Shown one piece after another: positions 1 to 10,227 of a stretch of 64,000 nucleotides of DNA. The DNA lies in the NCBI GenBank assembly GCA_965203055.1, contig OZ241863.1, positions 992,001-1,056,000 on the forward strand, given 5' to 3'. The position numbers and the translations under genes were made by a program. Under the pieces are notes generated by a model, which was not told the DNA's origin, did not search any database, and saw only the letters and a program-made list of their open reading frames with translations. Source of the stretch: Spirochaetia bacterium (GTDB lineage Bacteria > Spirochaetota > Spirochaetia > SZUA-6 > Bin103). Each line of letters starts with the position of its first letter. The stretch's first letter is position 1.

Positions 1-912
<912 letters not shown>

Positions 913-917
913 GCCCC

Positions 918-2408
918 ATGCACGTCCTGGCCGTGGATCAGAGCACCGCGTCCACGAAAGGCGTGATCTTCGATCAACGGGGCGCGGTCGTGGCGCGGGC
1001 GGCGCGGCCTCACCGCCAGCATCATCCCCGTACCGGCTGGGCCGAGCATGACGCGGAGGAGATCTACCGGAACCTCCTCGCGGTGATCGGAGAACTGGTC
1101 CGGGGCGCGGTGGACGCCGGGTCGCTCGCCAGCCTGGCCATCACCAATCAGCGCGAAACCGCGGTGGTCTGGGACCGGTGCTCCGGCCGTCCCGTGCACC
1201 CGGCGATAGTGTGGCAATGCATGCGGGGCGCCGAGGCCTGCCGCGAACTGCGCGCTCGGGGGCTCGAAGACCTGTTCCGGCAGCGCACCGGGCTGATTCT
1301 GGATCCATTCTTTTCGGCGAGCAAGATAGGGTGGGTATTGGAGCACGTGCCCGGCGCCCGCCGGAAGGCCGAATCAGGCCGGCTGCTGGCCGGCACCATC
1401 GACAGTTGGCTGGTGTGGAAGCTCACCGGAGGCAGTGTTCACGTCACCGACTTCTCCAATGCGAGCCGTACGCTGCTGCTGGATTTACGGCAACGGCGGT
1501 GGGACCCCGAGCTGTGCGCCCACTTCGGCATTCCCCTCGAGATGCTGCCCGAGCTGGTTTCCTCGAGCGGGCTCCACGGCGAGACGACCGCGGACGGCGC
1601 ATTGCGGGCGCCGGTACCGATCGCCGGTATCGCCGGCGACTCGCACGCCGCGCTCTTTGGCCAGCGCTGCTTCTCGCCCGGCGAGGTGAAGGTGACCGTG
1701 GGCACCGGCTCCTCGATCATGATGAACGTGGGCCCGCAGGTCCGTGATTCCGGCCGCGGGCTGGTCAGCTCGATCGGGTGGGGACTCGAGGAGCGGGTCG
1801 ACTACGTGCTGGAGGGAAACGTGCACTCGGCCGGCGACACCATCCAATGGCTGATCGAGGGACTCGAGCTGTTCGACGACGTCGAGACGATCGAGCGGCT
1901 GGCCGGCTCGGCCGCCGGCAGCGGCGGGGTGTGCCTCGTTCCTGCGTTCAGCGGCTTGGGAGCGCCCTACTGGGACAACGGCGCAACGGCAGTGCTGGCC
2001 GGGATGAGCCGCGATACCACCCGCGCCCACGTTGCCCGGGCGGCCGAAGAGAGCATCGCCTACCAGGTGCGCGACGTGCTGGAGGCGGCATGCGCGGTAG
2101 TGGGCGCCTCGCTGGCCGACCTGCAGCCGCGTTTCGACGGCGGCGCCAGCGAGAGCGATTTCCTGATGCAGACCATGGCGGATCTGATCGGCGCTCCGCT
2201 GCTGGCGGCGCCGCACCAGGACATGTCGGCTCTCGGTGTCGCTTTCATGGCCGGCCTGGCGACCGGGGTGTGGCAGGATACCGGCCAGATCGACGCGCTG
2301 CCCCTCGCCCCGCGCCGCTTCGAGCCCGCCCTGGCGGCCGGCGAGCGGGAAGCGCGCTACGCGCACTGGCTGGAAACCGTGCAGCGCGCCCGGCTGCGTC
2401 CGGAATGA
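918..2408 (+). CDS. FGGY-family carbohydrate kinase (glycerol kinase-like, possibly apulose kinase)
   Basis: AVDQSTASTK, ITNQRET, VWQC, GTIDSWL, TDFSNASRT, PAFSGLGAPYW, DGGAS. Confidence 0.9.
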   Translation: MHVLAVDQSTASTKGVIFDQRGAVVARAARPHRQHHPRTGWAEHDAEEIYRNLLAVIGELVRGAVDAGSLASLAITNQRETAVVWDRCSGRPVHPAIVWQCMRGAEACRELRARGLEDLFRQRTGLILDPFFSASKIGWVLEHVPGARRKAESGRLLAGTIDSWLVWKLTGGSVHVTDFSNASRTLLLDLRQRRWDPELCAHFGIPLEMLPELVSSSGLHGETTADGALRAPVPIAGIAGDSHAALFGQRCFSPGEVKVTVGTGSSIMMNVGPQVRDSGRGLVSSIGWGLEERVDYVLEGNVHSAGDTIQWLIEGLELFDDVETIERLAGSAAGSGGVCLVPAFSGLGAPYWDNGATAVLAGMSRDTTRAHVARAAEESIAYQVRDVLEAACAVVGASLADLQPRFDGGASESDFLMQTMADLIGAPLLAAPHQDMSALGVAFMAGLATGVWQDTGQIDALPLAPRRFEPALAAGEREARYAHWLETVQRARLRPE

Positions 2409-2423
2409 TAAGGAGATTGGATC

Positions 2424-3353
2424 ATGCGGAGCGGAGTCAGTCACACGGCGCCGGCAACGAAGCAACGACGTTCCGGGCTCACCGCGAAGCGCCAGGAAAT
2501 GCTCTTTGGACTCCTCTTCGCGGCGCCCGTAGTATTGCACCTCGTCATCTTCAAGTACTACCCGGTTCTCTATTCCATCGGCCTCAGTCTCTACCGGGGA
2601 ACACTGTTGAATCCGCTTCAGACCTTCTTCGGGCTGGGGAACTACCTCTTCGTGCTCCGCAACGAATACGCCATTCGCGGATTCGTGAATACGTTCCTCT
2701 ATGCGTTCATGTACGTTCCCGGCACGGTCGTGCTCGGAATCATATTGGGCTTGCTGGTCTCCAAGGAACGCGCCGGCAAGACCATCTTCCGGGTCGCCTA
2801 CTATACCCCGGTGGTCGTCTCCATCGTCGCCGCAGTGCAGGTCTGGTCGTGGGTCCTCAGTCCGAACAACTACGGCTTGGCGAACACTGCCCTGAAATTC
2901 CTCGGGCTCCCGGCCCTCCAGTGGTTCTATCATCCGAGCACCGCGCTTGCCTCCGTGGCGATCCTGGGATTCTGGAACGTCGGGCTCAACATGCTCATAT
3001 TCCTTGCGGCCATCAAGAACATCCCTTCCCAGCTCTACGAGTCCGCCACCGTGGACGGCGCCGGTCCCTGGAGGATGTTCTGGCGGATCACGATTCCGTT
3101 GCTGATGCCTACCATCTACTTCGTGACGATCACCGCCACGATCCTCTCGCTGCGCCTCTTTGAGCCGGTCCTGCTCCTGACCGGCGGCGGTCCGCTGAAC
3201 TCCACGACGACCGTGTCATTTCAGATCTACGAGCAGGCATTTCAATTTGCCCGCTGGGGGCGGGCGTCGGCGCAGGCCGCGATCTTCTTCTTCATCGTAC
3301 TCTTCATCACGGTGATTCAGTTCAAAGTGCTGCCCGAGTCGTACGAGAAGTAG
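2424..3353 (+). CDS. Carbohydrate ABC transporter permease
   Basis: Multiple TM segments; EAA-like loop LYESATVDGA; RBS AAGGAG upstream. Confidence 0.9.
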   Translation: MRSGVSHTAPATKQRRSGLTAKRQEMLFGLLFAAPVVLHLVIFKYYPVLYSIGLSLYRGTLLNPLQTFFGLGNYLFVLRNEYAIRGFVNTFLYAFMYVPGTVVLGIILGLLVSKERAGKTIFRVAYYTPVVVSIVAAVQVWSWVLSPNNYGLANTALKFLGLPALQWFYHPSTALASVAILGFWNVGLNMLIFLAAIKNIPSQLYESATVDGAGPWRMFWRITIPLLMPTIYFVTITATILSLRLFEPVLLLTGGGPLNSTTTVSFQIYEQAFQFARWGRASAQAAIFFFIVLFITVIQFKVLPESYEK

Positions 3354-3367
3354 GTCAGGAGAAGGCC

Positions 3368-4213
3368 ATGCATCAGACTGACGTCTACCTGGTCAAGAAG
3401 CGTCTCAACTACTTGCTGTGGCTTCTCATTTGCGTTTCGTTCCTGCTCTTCTTCGTCGGTCCGTTCGTGTGGATGATAACGACCTCGTTCAAGGCCCCGG
3501 CCGACATCGTCCGCTTCCCTCCGCGATTCTTGCCTGAACGCTGGGTAGCTGACAACTACGCGACCATGTGGAACGAGCTGAATTGGTTGCCCATGTTCGC
3601 AAACAGCTTCTGGATTACCGGAGTCAGCGTCTTCCTGCTGGTAATGGTGAGCGCGCTGGGCGGATTCGCCTTTGCGAAGCTGCACTGGCCGATGAGGACG
3701 TTCTGCTTCCTCTTGATCGTTGCCGGACTGATCGTTCCGACCGAGGTGGACATAATACCGCGCTTCCTCATGATGACGAGTTGGGGACTTACCGGTACCT
3801 ACATTCCGGTGATTCTGCTGATCATCGGCCAGGGCTTCCAGACGTTCATGATTCGACAGTTCATCGGTACGATTCCCGACGATTACTTCGATGCGGCCAA
3901 GGTCGATGGGATGGGCTATATCTGGATGTTCCTCAAGATCGTGCTTCCGCTTGCCAAGGCCGGAGTCATTACGATGGCCATCTACTCAACCTTCATGGTC
4001 TGGAACCAGTACGTCTACCCGCTGATCTACCTCACCAAGCCGCATCAGTTCACGCTGCAGCTGGGGCTTGGTTTGCTGCAGCAGCGCCTCGTTGGTCAGT
4101 TTGGTCCGCTCATGGCGGCGGCCACCATGGTCAGCCTCCCGACGCTCATCATCTATCTGATGTTCCAGCGGCGCCTTACGAGCGGGATCGCAATGACCGG
4201 CGTGAAGGGGTAG
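3368..4213 (+). CDS. Carbohydrate ABC transporter permease
   Basis: TM segments; IPDDYFDAAKVDG loop; C-terminal GIAMTGVKG. Confidence 0.9.
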   Translation: MHQTDVYLVKKRLNYLLWLLICVSFLLFFVGPFVWMITTSFKAPADIVRFPPRFLPERWVADNYATMWNELNWLPMFANSFWITGVSVFLLVMVSALGGFAFAKLHWPMRTFCFLLIVAGLIVPTEVDIIPRFLMMTSWGLTGTYIPVILLIIGQGFQTFMIRQFIGTIPDDYFDAAKVDGMGYIWMFLKIVLPLAKAGVITMAIYSTFMVWNQYVYPLIYLTKPHQFTLQLGLGLLQQRLVGQFGPLMAAATMVSLPTLIIYLMFQRRLTSGIAMTGVKG

Positions 4214-4215
4214 GG

Positions 4216-4245
4216 GCGGCGGGGGCGGCCATGCGCCCCCGCCGC
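4216..4245. terminator. GC-rich 12-bp stem hairpin between convergent genes
   Basis: GCGGCGGGGGCG-gccatg-CGCCCCCGCCGC perfect inverted repeat; no U-tract. Confidence 0.5.
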
Positions 4246-4268
4246 AGCACTCCGCGCCGCAGCGCCTT

Positions 4269-5936
4269 CTACTTGTAGTTCTCGTAGGCGGCGTTCATGA
4301 TCTCCAGGTAGCGGGGCAGGCCGATCTTGTCGAGCTCGGCCAGGTAGCCGTTCCAGTCGTTGTCGTCGTTGATGTCCAGGCGGCCGGTCACGAACTTGGC
4401 CGCCGACTCGTAGACGAACGAGTTCACCACCGGGCGGATCTCGGAGACGACCTTGGCGTTGTCGACGTCGAGCGCCATGCGCGGCACCCACACGTCGGGG
4501 ATGTGATCGTAATAGACGTGCGACGAATCGATCAGGAAGCCCTCGTAGTTGAACTCCTCGGGATCGCCGCTGGAGCCGCCGAACAGGTCGGCCGGCATGA
4601 AGAACGGAGACGAGTGGATCCACGCCTGGGTCTGCTGCGGCTCCAGGAATACCGCGTCAGCGCCGAGGTTGGTGTGCACCGCCGGCTTGCCGTTGATGCC
4701 GATCTCGCCCGGCTCGGCCCAGCGCCAGTCGACTCCGAACACGCCCCACCAGTTGCGCACCGACGCCTCCCGCGAATACATGAAGTCGATCCACTTGTAG
4801 ACCGCGGCCGGGTTGTCGGCGTCCTTGGTGATCGCCGCGCTGTCGCCGGTCTTGGGTCCGGGCGGGAAGTAGCCGGCGCTGACGTGGCCATCGGGGCCGC
4901 GCAACGGCGGCACCACGCGGAAGTCGCCGGAGCCGCCGGAGTAGCCGCCGCGCCACGCGCCCAGCATGCCGCGGTGACCGACGGTGCCGGCGCCCACCCG
5001 CGGCGGTTCGCCCTCCACCAGCGGCGCCAGCGCCGACCGGTCGCGCACGAACATTTCCTCGTCGATCAGCCCTTCGGCGAACAGGCTGTGCACGTAGCGC
5101 ATTCCCTCGCGCCACTCCGGCTGCACGAACGCGGCCACGACCGCGCCATCCTGGACGTTGAGCATGTTGCCGTCGTCGGTATAGAGGAAGGCGTTCAGCA
5201 GGAACGGCCAGGGCCGCGTGTGCCAGCTATTGGCGAAGCCGGACAGCGCCAGCTCGTCGGCGACGCCGTTGCCGTTGGGATCCTGGGTCTTGAACGCGCG
5301 CAGCACGGTGCGCAGCTCCTCGGTGGTGGTGGGCACCGCCAGGCCCAGCTTGTCCAGCCACACCTGATTGATCCACATCTTCTGCGCCACGCCGCAGTGG
5401 TAGCACTCCTCGTAGGCGGTGAGCACGTACACGTTGCCGTCCGGTCCGGCGCTCTCCTTGAGGAAGTTGGGCGCCGCCTTCAGCACGTCGTTGATGTAGA
5501 AGCCGTGCTCGTCGACCAGGTCGTTGAGCGGGATGAACAGCCCCTGCGAGCCGTACAGGTGCTTCTCGTCGTTGCTGATCTGCATGCCCATCATCATGTC
5601 GGGCAGCTCGGAGCCGCTGTTCAGCAGCAGCGTGAACTTGGCCTTGGCGTCCTCGGAGCTGTTGACCGCATCCCACTCCCAGTGGATGTTGGTCTGTTCC
5701 TCCATCCACTTCGTCATCTCGTTGGCCTCGAAGTCGAGAATCGTGCGGGTATAGGACACGAAGGCGGTCATCGTGACCGGCTCCTCGACGATCGGCACCA
5801 CGCCGGGCGCCGACAGCTCGCCCATCGACATGGCGGCGCTCTCCTCCTCGCCGCTGGCAAACGCGCCGGCCGCGCCGCCTGCCGCCAGCGCCAGGGCCAG
5901 CAGCAGCGGCAGTGAATTACGAACGATACAGGTCAT
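4269..5936 (-). CDS. Extracellular solute-binding protein (LplA-like sugar ABC SBP)
   Basis: Signal peptide ending AFASG; PTTTEELRTVLRAFKTQDPNGNGVADE; RBS AAGGAGG upstream. Confidence 0.9.
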   Translation of the reverse strand: MTCIVRNSLPLLLALALAAGGAAGAFASGEEESAAMSMGELSAPGVVPIVEEPVTMTAFVSYTRTILDFEANEMTKWMEEQTNIHWEWDAVNSSEDAKAKFTLLLNSGSELPDMMMGMQISNDEKHLYGSQGLFIPLNDLVDEHGFYINDVLKAAPNFLKESAGPDGNVYVLTAYEECYHCGVAQKMWINQVWLDKLGLAVPTTTEELRTVLRAFKTQDPNGNGVADELALSGFANSWHTRPWPFLLNAFLYTDDGNMLNVQDGAVVAAFVQPEWREGMRYVHSLFAEGLIDEEMFVRDRSALAPLVEGEPPRVGAGTVGHRGMLGAWRGGYSGGSGDFRVVPPLRGPDGHVSAGYFPPGPKTGDSAAITKDADNPAAVYKWIDFMYSREASVRNWWGVFGVDWRWAEPGEIGINGKPAVHTNLGADAVFLEPQQTQAWIHSSPFFMPADLFGGSSGDPEEFNYEGFLIDSSHVYYDHIPDVWVPRMALDVDNAKVVSEIRPVVNSFVYESAAKFVTGRLDINDDNDWNGYLAELDKIGLPRYLEIMNAAYENYK

Positions 5937-5973
5937 CTTTCGACCTCCTTGTTGGGGTACGGGATGGAGAGGC

Positions 5974-6939
5974 TCATCCCTTCAGCGATCCAATCAACAC
6001 GCCCCTCACGAAGTACTTCTGGACGAACGGATAGAGCATCAGCACCGGCACGCTGGCCACCACGATCACCGCGAACTTGATCAACGCGCGGAGCTGCGCC
6101 TGGGCCGCGTCCGAACCGGCGGAGATGGCGAAGAGGCTGGCGTCCATCGAGTTCACTATCAGGATGTTGCGCAGCACGATCTGCAGCGGGACGAGCCGCT
6201 CATCGTTCAGGTAGAGCAACGCCTCGAAGAAGGAGTTCCACTTGTACACCGCGTAGAACAGCGTGTTCACGGCAATGATCGCCCCGGAGATCGGCAGCAC
6301 CACGTGCCAGAAGAATTGCAGGTCGCTGCTGCCGTCGATCTGCGCCGCCTCCAGCAGTTCATCCGGCACGTTCACCTGAAAGAAGGTGCGGGTGATGATC
6401 ACGTTCCAGGCCGCCACCGCGGTGGGTATCAACATCGCCCAGCGGGTATTGATCATGCCCGCGCCGCGCACCACGAGGTAGGTCGGGATGATGCCGCCGT
6501 CGAAGATCATGGTGAACACGAACAGCAGCATGTACAGGTTCCTGCCGCGGAAGCGGCGCCGCGACACGGGGTAGGCGGCGAGCAGGGTGAGCGCCACGCT
6601 GATGATGGTGCCGAACGAGGTGTAGAACAGGGTGTTGGCATAGCCGCGCCAGATGGTCGGGTAGCTGTAGACCCGTTCATATGCGATGAGCGACGGTTCC
6701 ACCGGCCACAGCCAGACTCTGCCGGCGGTGACTGCGGCCGGATTGCTGAACGAGGAGCTGACGATGTACACCAGCGGATAGAGCACGCCGAGCGCAACCA
6801 CCGCCAGCGCGATGACGTTGGCCGCGTCGTAGAGGCGGTCCGCGCGCGCGGACCGGATGCGCCGCTCGGCGCGGCGCGCGCGCCGGCGGCCCGGCGCGGC
6901 GCGCGCGCCGGCCGCTTCTGCTGTCGACAGGCCGCTCAC
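5974..6939 (-). CDS. Carbohydrate ABC permease (LplC-like)
   Basis: GTG start overlaps the upstream stop (GTGA); ELLEAAQIDG; YPFVQKYFVRGVLIGSLKG. Confidence 0.9.
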   Translation of the reverse strand: MSGLSTAEAAGARAAPGRRRARRAERRIRSARADRLYDAANVIALAVVALGVLYPLVYIVSSSFSNPAAVTAGRVWLWPVEPSLIAYERVYSYPTIWRGYANTLFYTSFGTIISVALTLLAAYPVSRRRFRGRNLYMLLFVFTMIFDGGIIPTYLVVRGAGMINTRWAMLIPTAVAAWNVIITRTFFQVNVPDELLEAAQIDGSSDLQFFWHVVLPISGAIIAVNTLFYAVYKWNSFFEALLYLNDERLVPLQIVLRNILIVNSMDASLFAISAGSDAAQAQLRALIKFAVIVVASVPVLMLYPFVQKYFVRGVLIGSLKG

Positions 6940-7889
6940 CAGAGGCTGGTCCAGCCGAGCCGCCGGGCAATCCAGTTGCCCGCCATGATCAGTACGAAGT
7001 TGATCACCGAGTTGAACAGGCCGATCGCGGAGGCGTAGGAGGGGCGCGGGATGCCGGTCAGACCGATCTTGTAGACGTAGGTCTGGATCACCTCGGAGCG
7101 TTCGAGGTTGAGGTCGTTCTGCATGAGGTAGACTTTCTCGAAGCCGACGTTCATGAGCTGGCCCAGGGTGAGGATGAACAGGATCACCGCGGTGGGCATG
7201 ATGCCGGGAACGTCGATGAAGCGCGTGCGCTGCAGCTTGGTGGCGCCGTCGATGATCGCCGCCTCGTGCAGCTCGGGATCGATGCCGGCCAGCGCGGCGA
7301 GGTAGATGATGGTGCCGAAGCCGGCGAACTGCCACACGTGCGACCACACGTAGATCGACTGGAATGCCTCCGGGCGGCCCATATAGGAGACCGGCTCCAT
7401 CCCCAGCGCCAGCATCAGCGGCCCGACGACCCCGACCGAGGTGGACAGGAACTGGATCAGCAGCCCGACCATCACCACGGTGGAGATGAAGTAGGGGGCG
7501 TAGATGATCATCTGCACCGCCTTGCGGAACAGGCGGTTGTTGGCGTTGTTGATCGACAGCGCCAGCAGCAGCGGGATCGGAAAGGTCGCCGCCAGGGTGT
7601 AGATGCTGAGGAAGAAGGTGTTGCCGACGATGCGCCAGAACAGGTAGGAATCGAAGAACCGCCGGAAGTGGTCCAGTCCCATCCACGGGCTGCCCCAGAT
7701 GCCCTTGGCGGCGGCGAAGTCGCGGAACGCGATCTGCGCGCCGTACATCGGCAGGTACTTGAACACGATGAACCAGATGACCGGCAGGGCGATGATCAGG
7801 TGGAGCTGGTAATCGCGCGCCAGCTCGCGCAGCAGCCGAGGCCGGGAGCGGGAACGGGCGTCGCCGGTGACAATCGATCGGGAGGCCAT
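6936..7889 (-). CDS. Carbohydrate ABC permease (LplB-like)
   Basis: FKYLPMYGAQIAF, PYFISTVV, LHEAAIIDGA, VGFEK. Confidence 0.9.
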   Translation of the reverse strand: MASRSIVTGDARSRSRPRLLRELARDYQLHLIIALPVIWFIVFKYLPMYGAQIAFRDFAAAKGIWGSPWMGLDHFRRFFDSYLFWRIVGNTFFLSIYTLAATFPIPLLLALSINNANNRLFRKAVQMIIYAPYFISTVVMVGLLIQFLSTSVGVVGPLMLALGMEPVSYMGRPEAFQSIYVWSHVWQFAGFGTIIYLAALAGIDPELHEAAIIDGATKLQRTRFIDVPGIMPTAVILFILTLGQLMNVGFEKVYLMQNDLNLERSEVIQTYVYKIGLTGIPRPSYASAIGLFNSVINFVLIMAGNWIARRLGWTSLW

Positions 7890-7901
7890 CGCAGGCGCCG
7901 C

Positions 7902-8936
7902 CTACCTTACCCCCGCCCGGCGCCCGCGTCCAGCCTCGACCGCCTCGACCCGGCGCAGGATCTCTTCCGCAAGTTGCCGGAAGTCGCCGAACGCGCCGCG
8001 GGCCGCGGTCGCATGACTGCCGATGGCGCCGTCCGCCGGCGCCAGCGCGAAGATCGGCTTGCGAGCTTCCTGCGCGAGCGGAACCAGGCTGCGGTAGTGC
8101 TTCACCGTCGCTATGGAATTGTCGTCGGCGGCCGAATCGCGCACGCCTGAGGCAGGCGGCTTTCCCAGGACGCTGGCCGAATACTCGGCCGGCATCCGCT
8201 TCGCCCACCGGTCATACGCCTGCACCGGGCGGGTCAGCCGTACTCCGTGCTGCCGAATGAGATAGCCGATGGGGTGCATGTCTCCCGCGGGCAGCCTGAA
8301 CGCAGGGGCGGTCCAGTTGTCCCGCCTCTTCTTCCAATCCGCGCGCCACTGCCGCAGGGTTGGGCCGAGGTTTCGCAGCCCCTGTCGAGAGAACAGATCG
8401 GCGGCAAGTGGCACGACCACGAAGTCGGTGGCGATCAGCGCGGAGCGATTCACGGCCCCCAGACTAGGGCCTACGTCGACCAGTACGATCTGCGCTTGAC
8501 ATTCTCTCGCCCCCGCCTGAATCACCTGCCAAAACGAGGTGATCACCCGAAACGGGCGGTACAGGTTCTTGCTGCCCAGGCAGTTGGGCCACTCGGTGGA
8601 GAGTATTTCTTCGAATCCTGACAGTGCAAGATCGCCGGGAAGGACATGAATGCCATGCGCCGCCCGGCGCAGTACCGGCTCCCGTATGTCACCCACTTCG
8701 GTAAGTGGCGCGACACACTGATATATCGTCCTCGCTCGATCCTGGTCTTGCTCATCCCACAGTTCTTCGAGAGAACTATCGTCAAAGAATGTCGCCGTAA
8801 GATTAGCTTGGGGGTCAAGGTCTACGACGAGTAGTCTGTGTCCCAATTCGGACAACATCCAGGAGACGTGATAGACCAGCGAAGTCTTGCCAACTCCTCC
8901 TTTGTTGTTGAAGAAGGTCACCACCGGCGTGGTCAT
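7902..8936 (-). CDS. ParA/AAA_31-family ATPase
   Basis: FFNNKGGVGKTS deviant Walker A, DLDPQANLT, DVGPSLG; ATG overlaps the upstream stop (ATGA). Confidence 0.85.
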   Translation of the reverse strand: MTTPVVTFFNNKGGVGKTSLVYHVSWMLSELGHRLLVVDLDPQANLTATFFDDSSLEELWDEQDQDRARTIYQCVAPLTEVGDIREPVLRRAAHGIHVLPGDLALSGFEEILSTEWPNCLGSKNLYRPFRVITSFWQVIQAGARECQAQIVLVDVGPSLGAVNRSALIATDFVVVPLAADLFSRQGLRNLGPTLRQWRADWKKRRDNWTAPAFRLPAGDMHPIGYLIRQHGVRLTRPVQAYDRWAKRMPAEYSASVLGKPPASGVRDSAADDNSIATVKHYRSLVPLAQEARKPIFALAPADGAIGSHATAARGAFGDFRQLAEEILRRVEAVEAGRGRRAGVR

Positions 8937-10144
8937 GTCCGCGCTTTGACCGTGCAATGGATCCAGTTCTCTTCGACGCCAAACTCCGGCTCGGGTTGGC
9001 CATTTTCCCGCAGGTGCCGTCTTGCGCTCGGTATGCCGGCCCCGTAGCGCTGCACCAGACCCAACACGCGCATCGATTCGGCCAGGCTCGGGTTCCGGTA
9101 ATCGACCAGGCCCGGGCGTCCGAAGTTGGCGCGGGACACGGCGCCGTGGGGTCCGCCGGGGCTGTTGATCTCGATCCGGTCATCGAACCAGTAGACGTGG
9201 ACCGGACTATTGGTCCCTTCGTACGTTCGATGCATGACGGCGTTCAGGGTGAGCTGCTGAAGGGCCGCGATCGGGTACGTTGAGGTACGCACTTCGCGCG
9301 GCCCGGAAGTGAAGTCGACGGCGGTGCGGTTATGGGCTGCGAGCTTGCCGTTGAGCTTGCTGATTACGCTCATGAGCGGGCCGTCGCAGAGGGCCTCATC
9401 CACCACCGGGTCGCTCAATTCGGCTCCGGCAATGCGAAGAAACTGGATATATGCGCCGGGCAGGAAGTCGCGGGGATTCTTGCCGAGTACGATGAGACCG
9501 GCGATGGTTGGGGTGGGGCTGGCATCGGCCCCGATCATCTTCATGGCCGCGAGACGCTGCTCGACGCTGCGATCATTTTGGGCAAGGGTGGCGGCATCGA
9601 CGGCCAGCGGCAAATATTCCTCCTCGAAGCGCCGCAGATCGAGATCCTCGATGCCGGCCGTGGGAACCGGAATCGCATCGAAGTGAGGATCGCGGTAGCG
9701 CCGCTTCTCGTTCAGAATTCGCTCATCCTGGAGGGTGGCGGAAGCGCGCCGGGGACCCACCCGAATCCAGGTTCGTCCGCGCAGACGGACGGGGGGAGTG
9801 TCCGACGGTTGGACCAGTACGACCGCCAGCGGCGTTCCCTTGAGAATGCGTTTCGCTACCGTCAACGTCGGCGGCGGAACGAGGTTGCCGTCGGTCTTGA
9901 TATCGGCAAGTTGCAGCAAAAGCCGATCCGTTACCTGAATGCCGGTTGGCCTGCCGCCGTCATCCGCGCCGACGAAGACGACGCCGGGGCGGCGGTGGTC
10001 CGGCAGGTCGTTGGCGAACGCGCAGACCGCCTCCCGGATTCTGTTCGGCGCGTCTCCCTGCAGAGACTCCTTGCGCTCTACCAGGTCGGACTCCAGATCC
10101 GCCAGCATCTCTTCAAGCTCTGAATCGCTGTATGGCGCCGTCAT
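8933..10144 (-). CDS. Schlafen/AlbA_2 domain plus HATPase_c_4 (RecG C-terminal-like) protein
   Basis: ESDLVERKES...AVCAFAN...VFVGADDGG (AlbA_2); NAVMHRTY, DRIEINSPGG, RNPSLA, GAGI (HATPase_c_4). Start taken at ATG 10144. Confidence 0.85.
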   Translation of the reverse strand: MTAPYSDSELEEMLADLESDLVERKESLQGDAPNRIREAVCAFANDLPDHRRPGVVFVGADDGGRPTGIQVTDRLLLQLADIKTDGNLVPPPTLTVAKRILKGTPLAVVLVQPSDTPPVRLRGRTWIRVGPRRASATLQDERILNEKRRYRDPHFDAIPVPTAGIEDLDLRRFEEEYLPLAVDAATLAQNDRSVEQRLAAMKMIGADASPTPTIAGLIVLGKNPRDFLPGAYIQFLRIAGAELSDPVVDEALCDGPLMSVISKLNGKLAAHNRTAVDFTSGPREVRTSTYPIAALQQLTLNAVMHRTYEGTNSPVHVYWFDDRIEINSPGGPHGAVSRANFGRPGLVDYRNPSLAESMRVLGLVQRYGAGIPSARRHLRENGQPEPEFGVEENWIHCTVKART

Positions 10145-10227
10145 ACGGTCGCGCGGATTGTGCCGCGGATGCCGGGCCGCGTCCAGGACGTCAAGCACGC
10201 CGCCGCGCGATCGGGTAGGGTGGCGCG

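Noticed and set aside
7902..8936. Chromosome or plasmid partition locus
   Set aside because: No ParB, parS or rep nearby; the gene is coupled to an AlbA_2 protein instead
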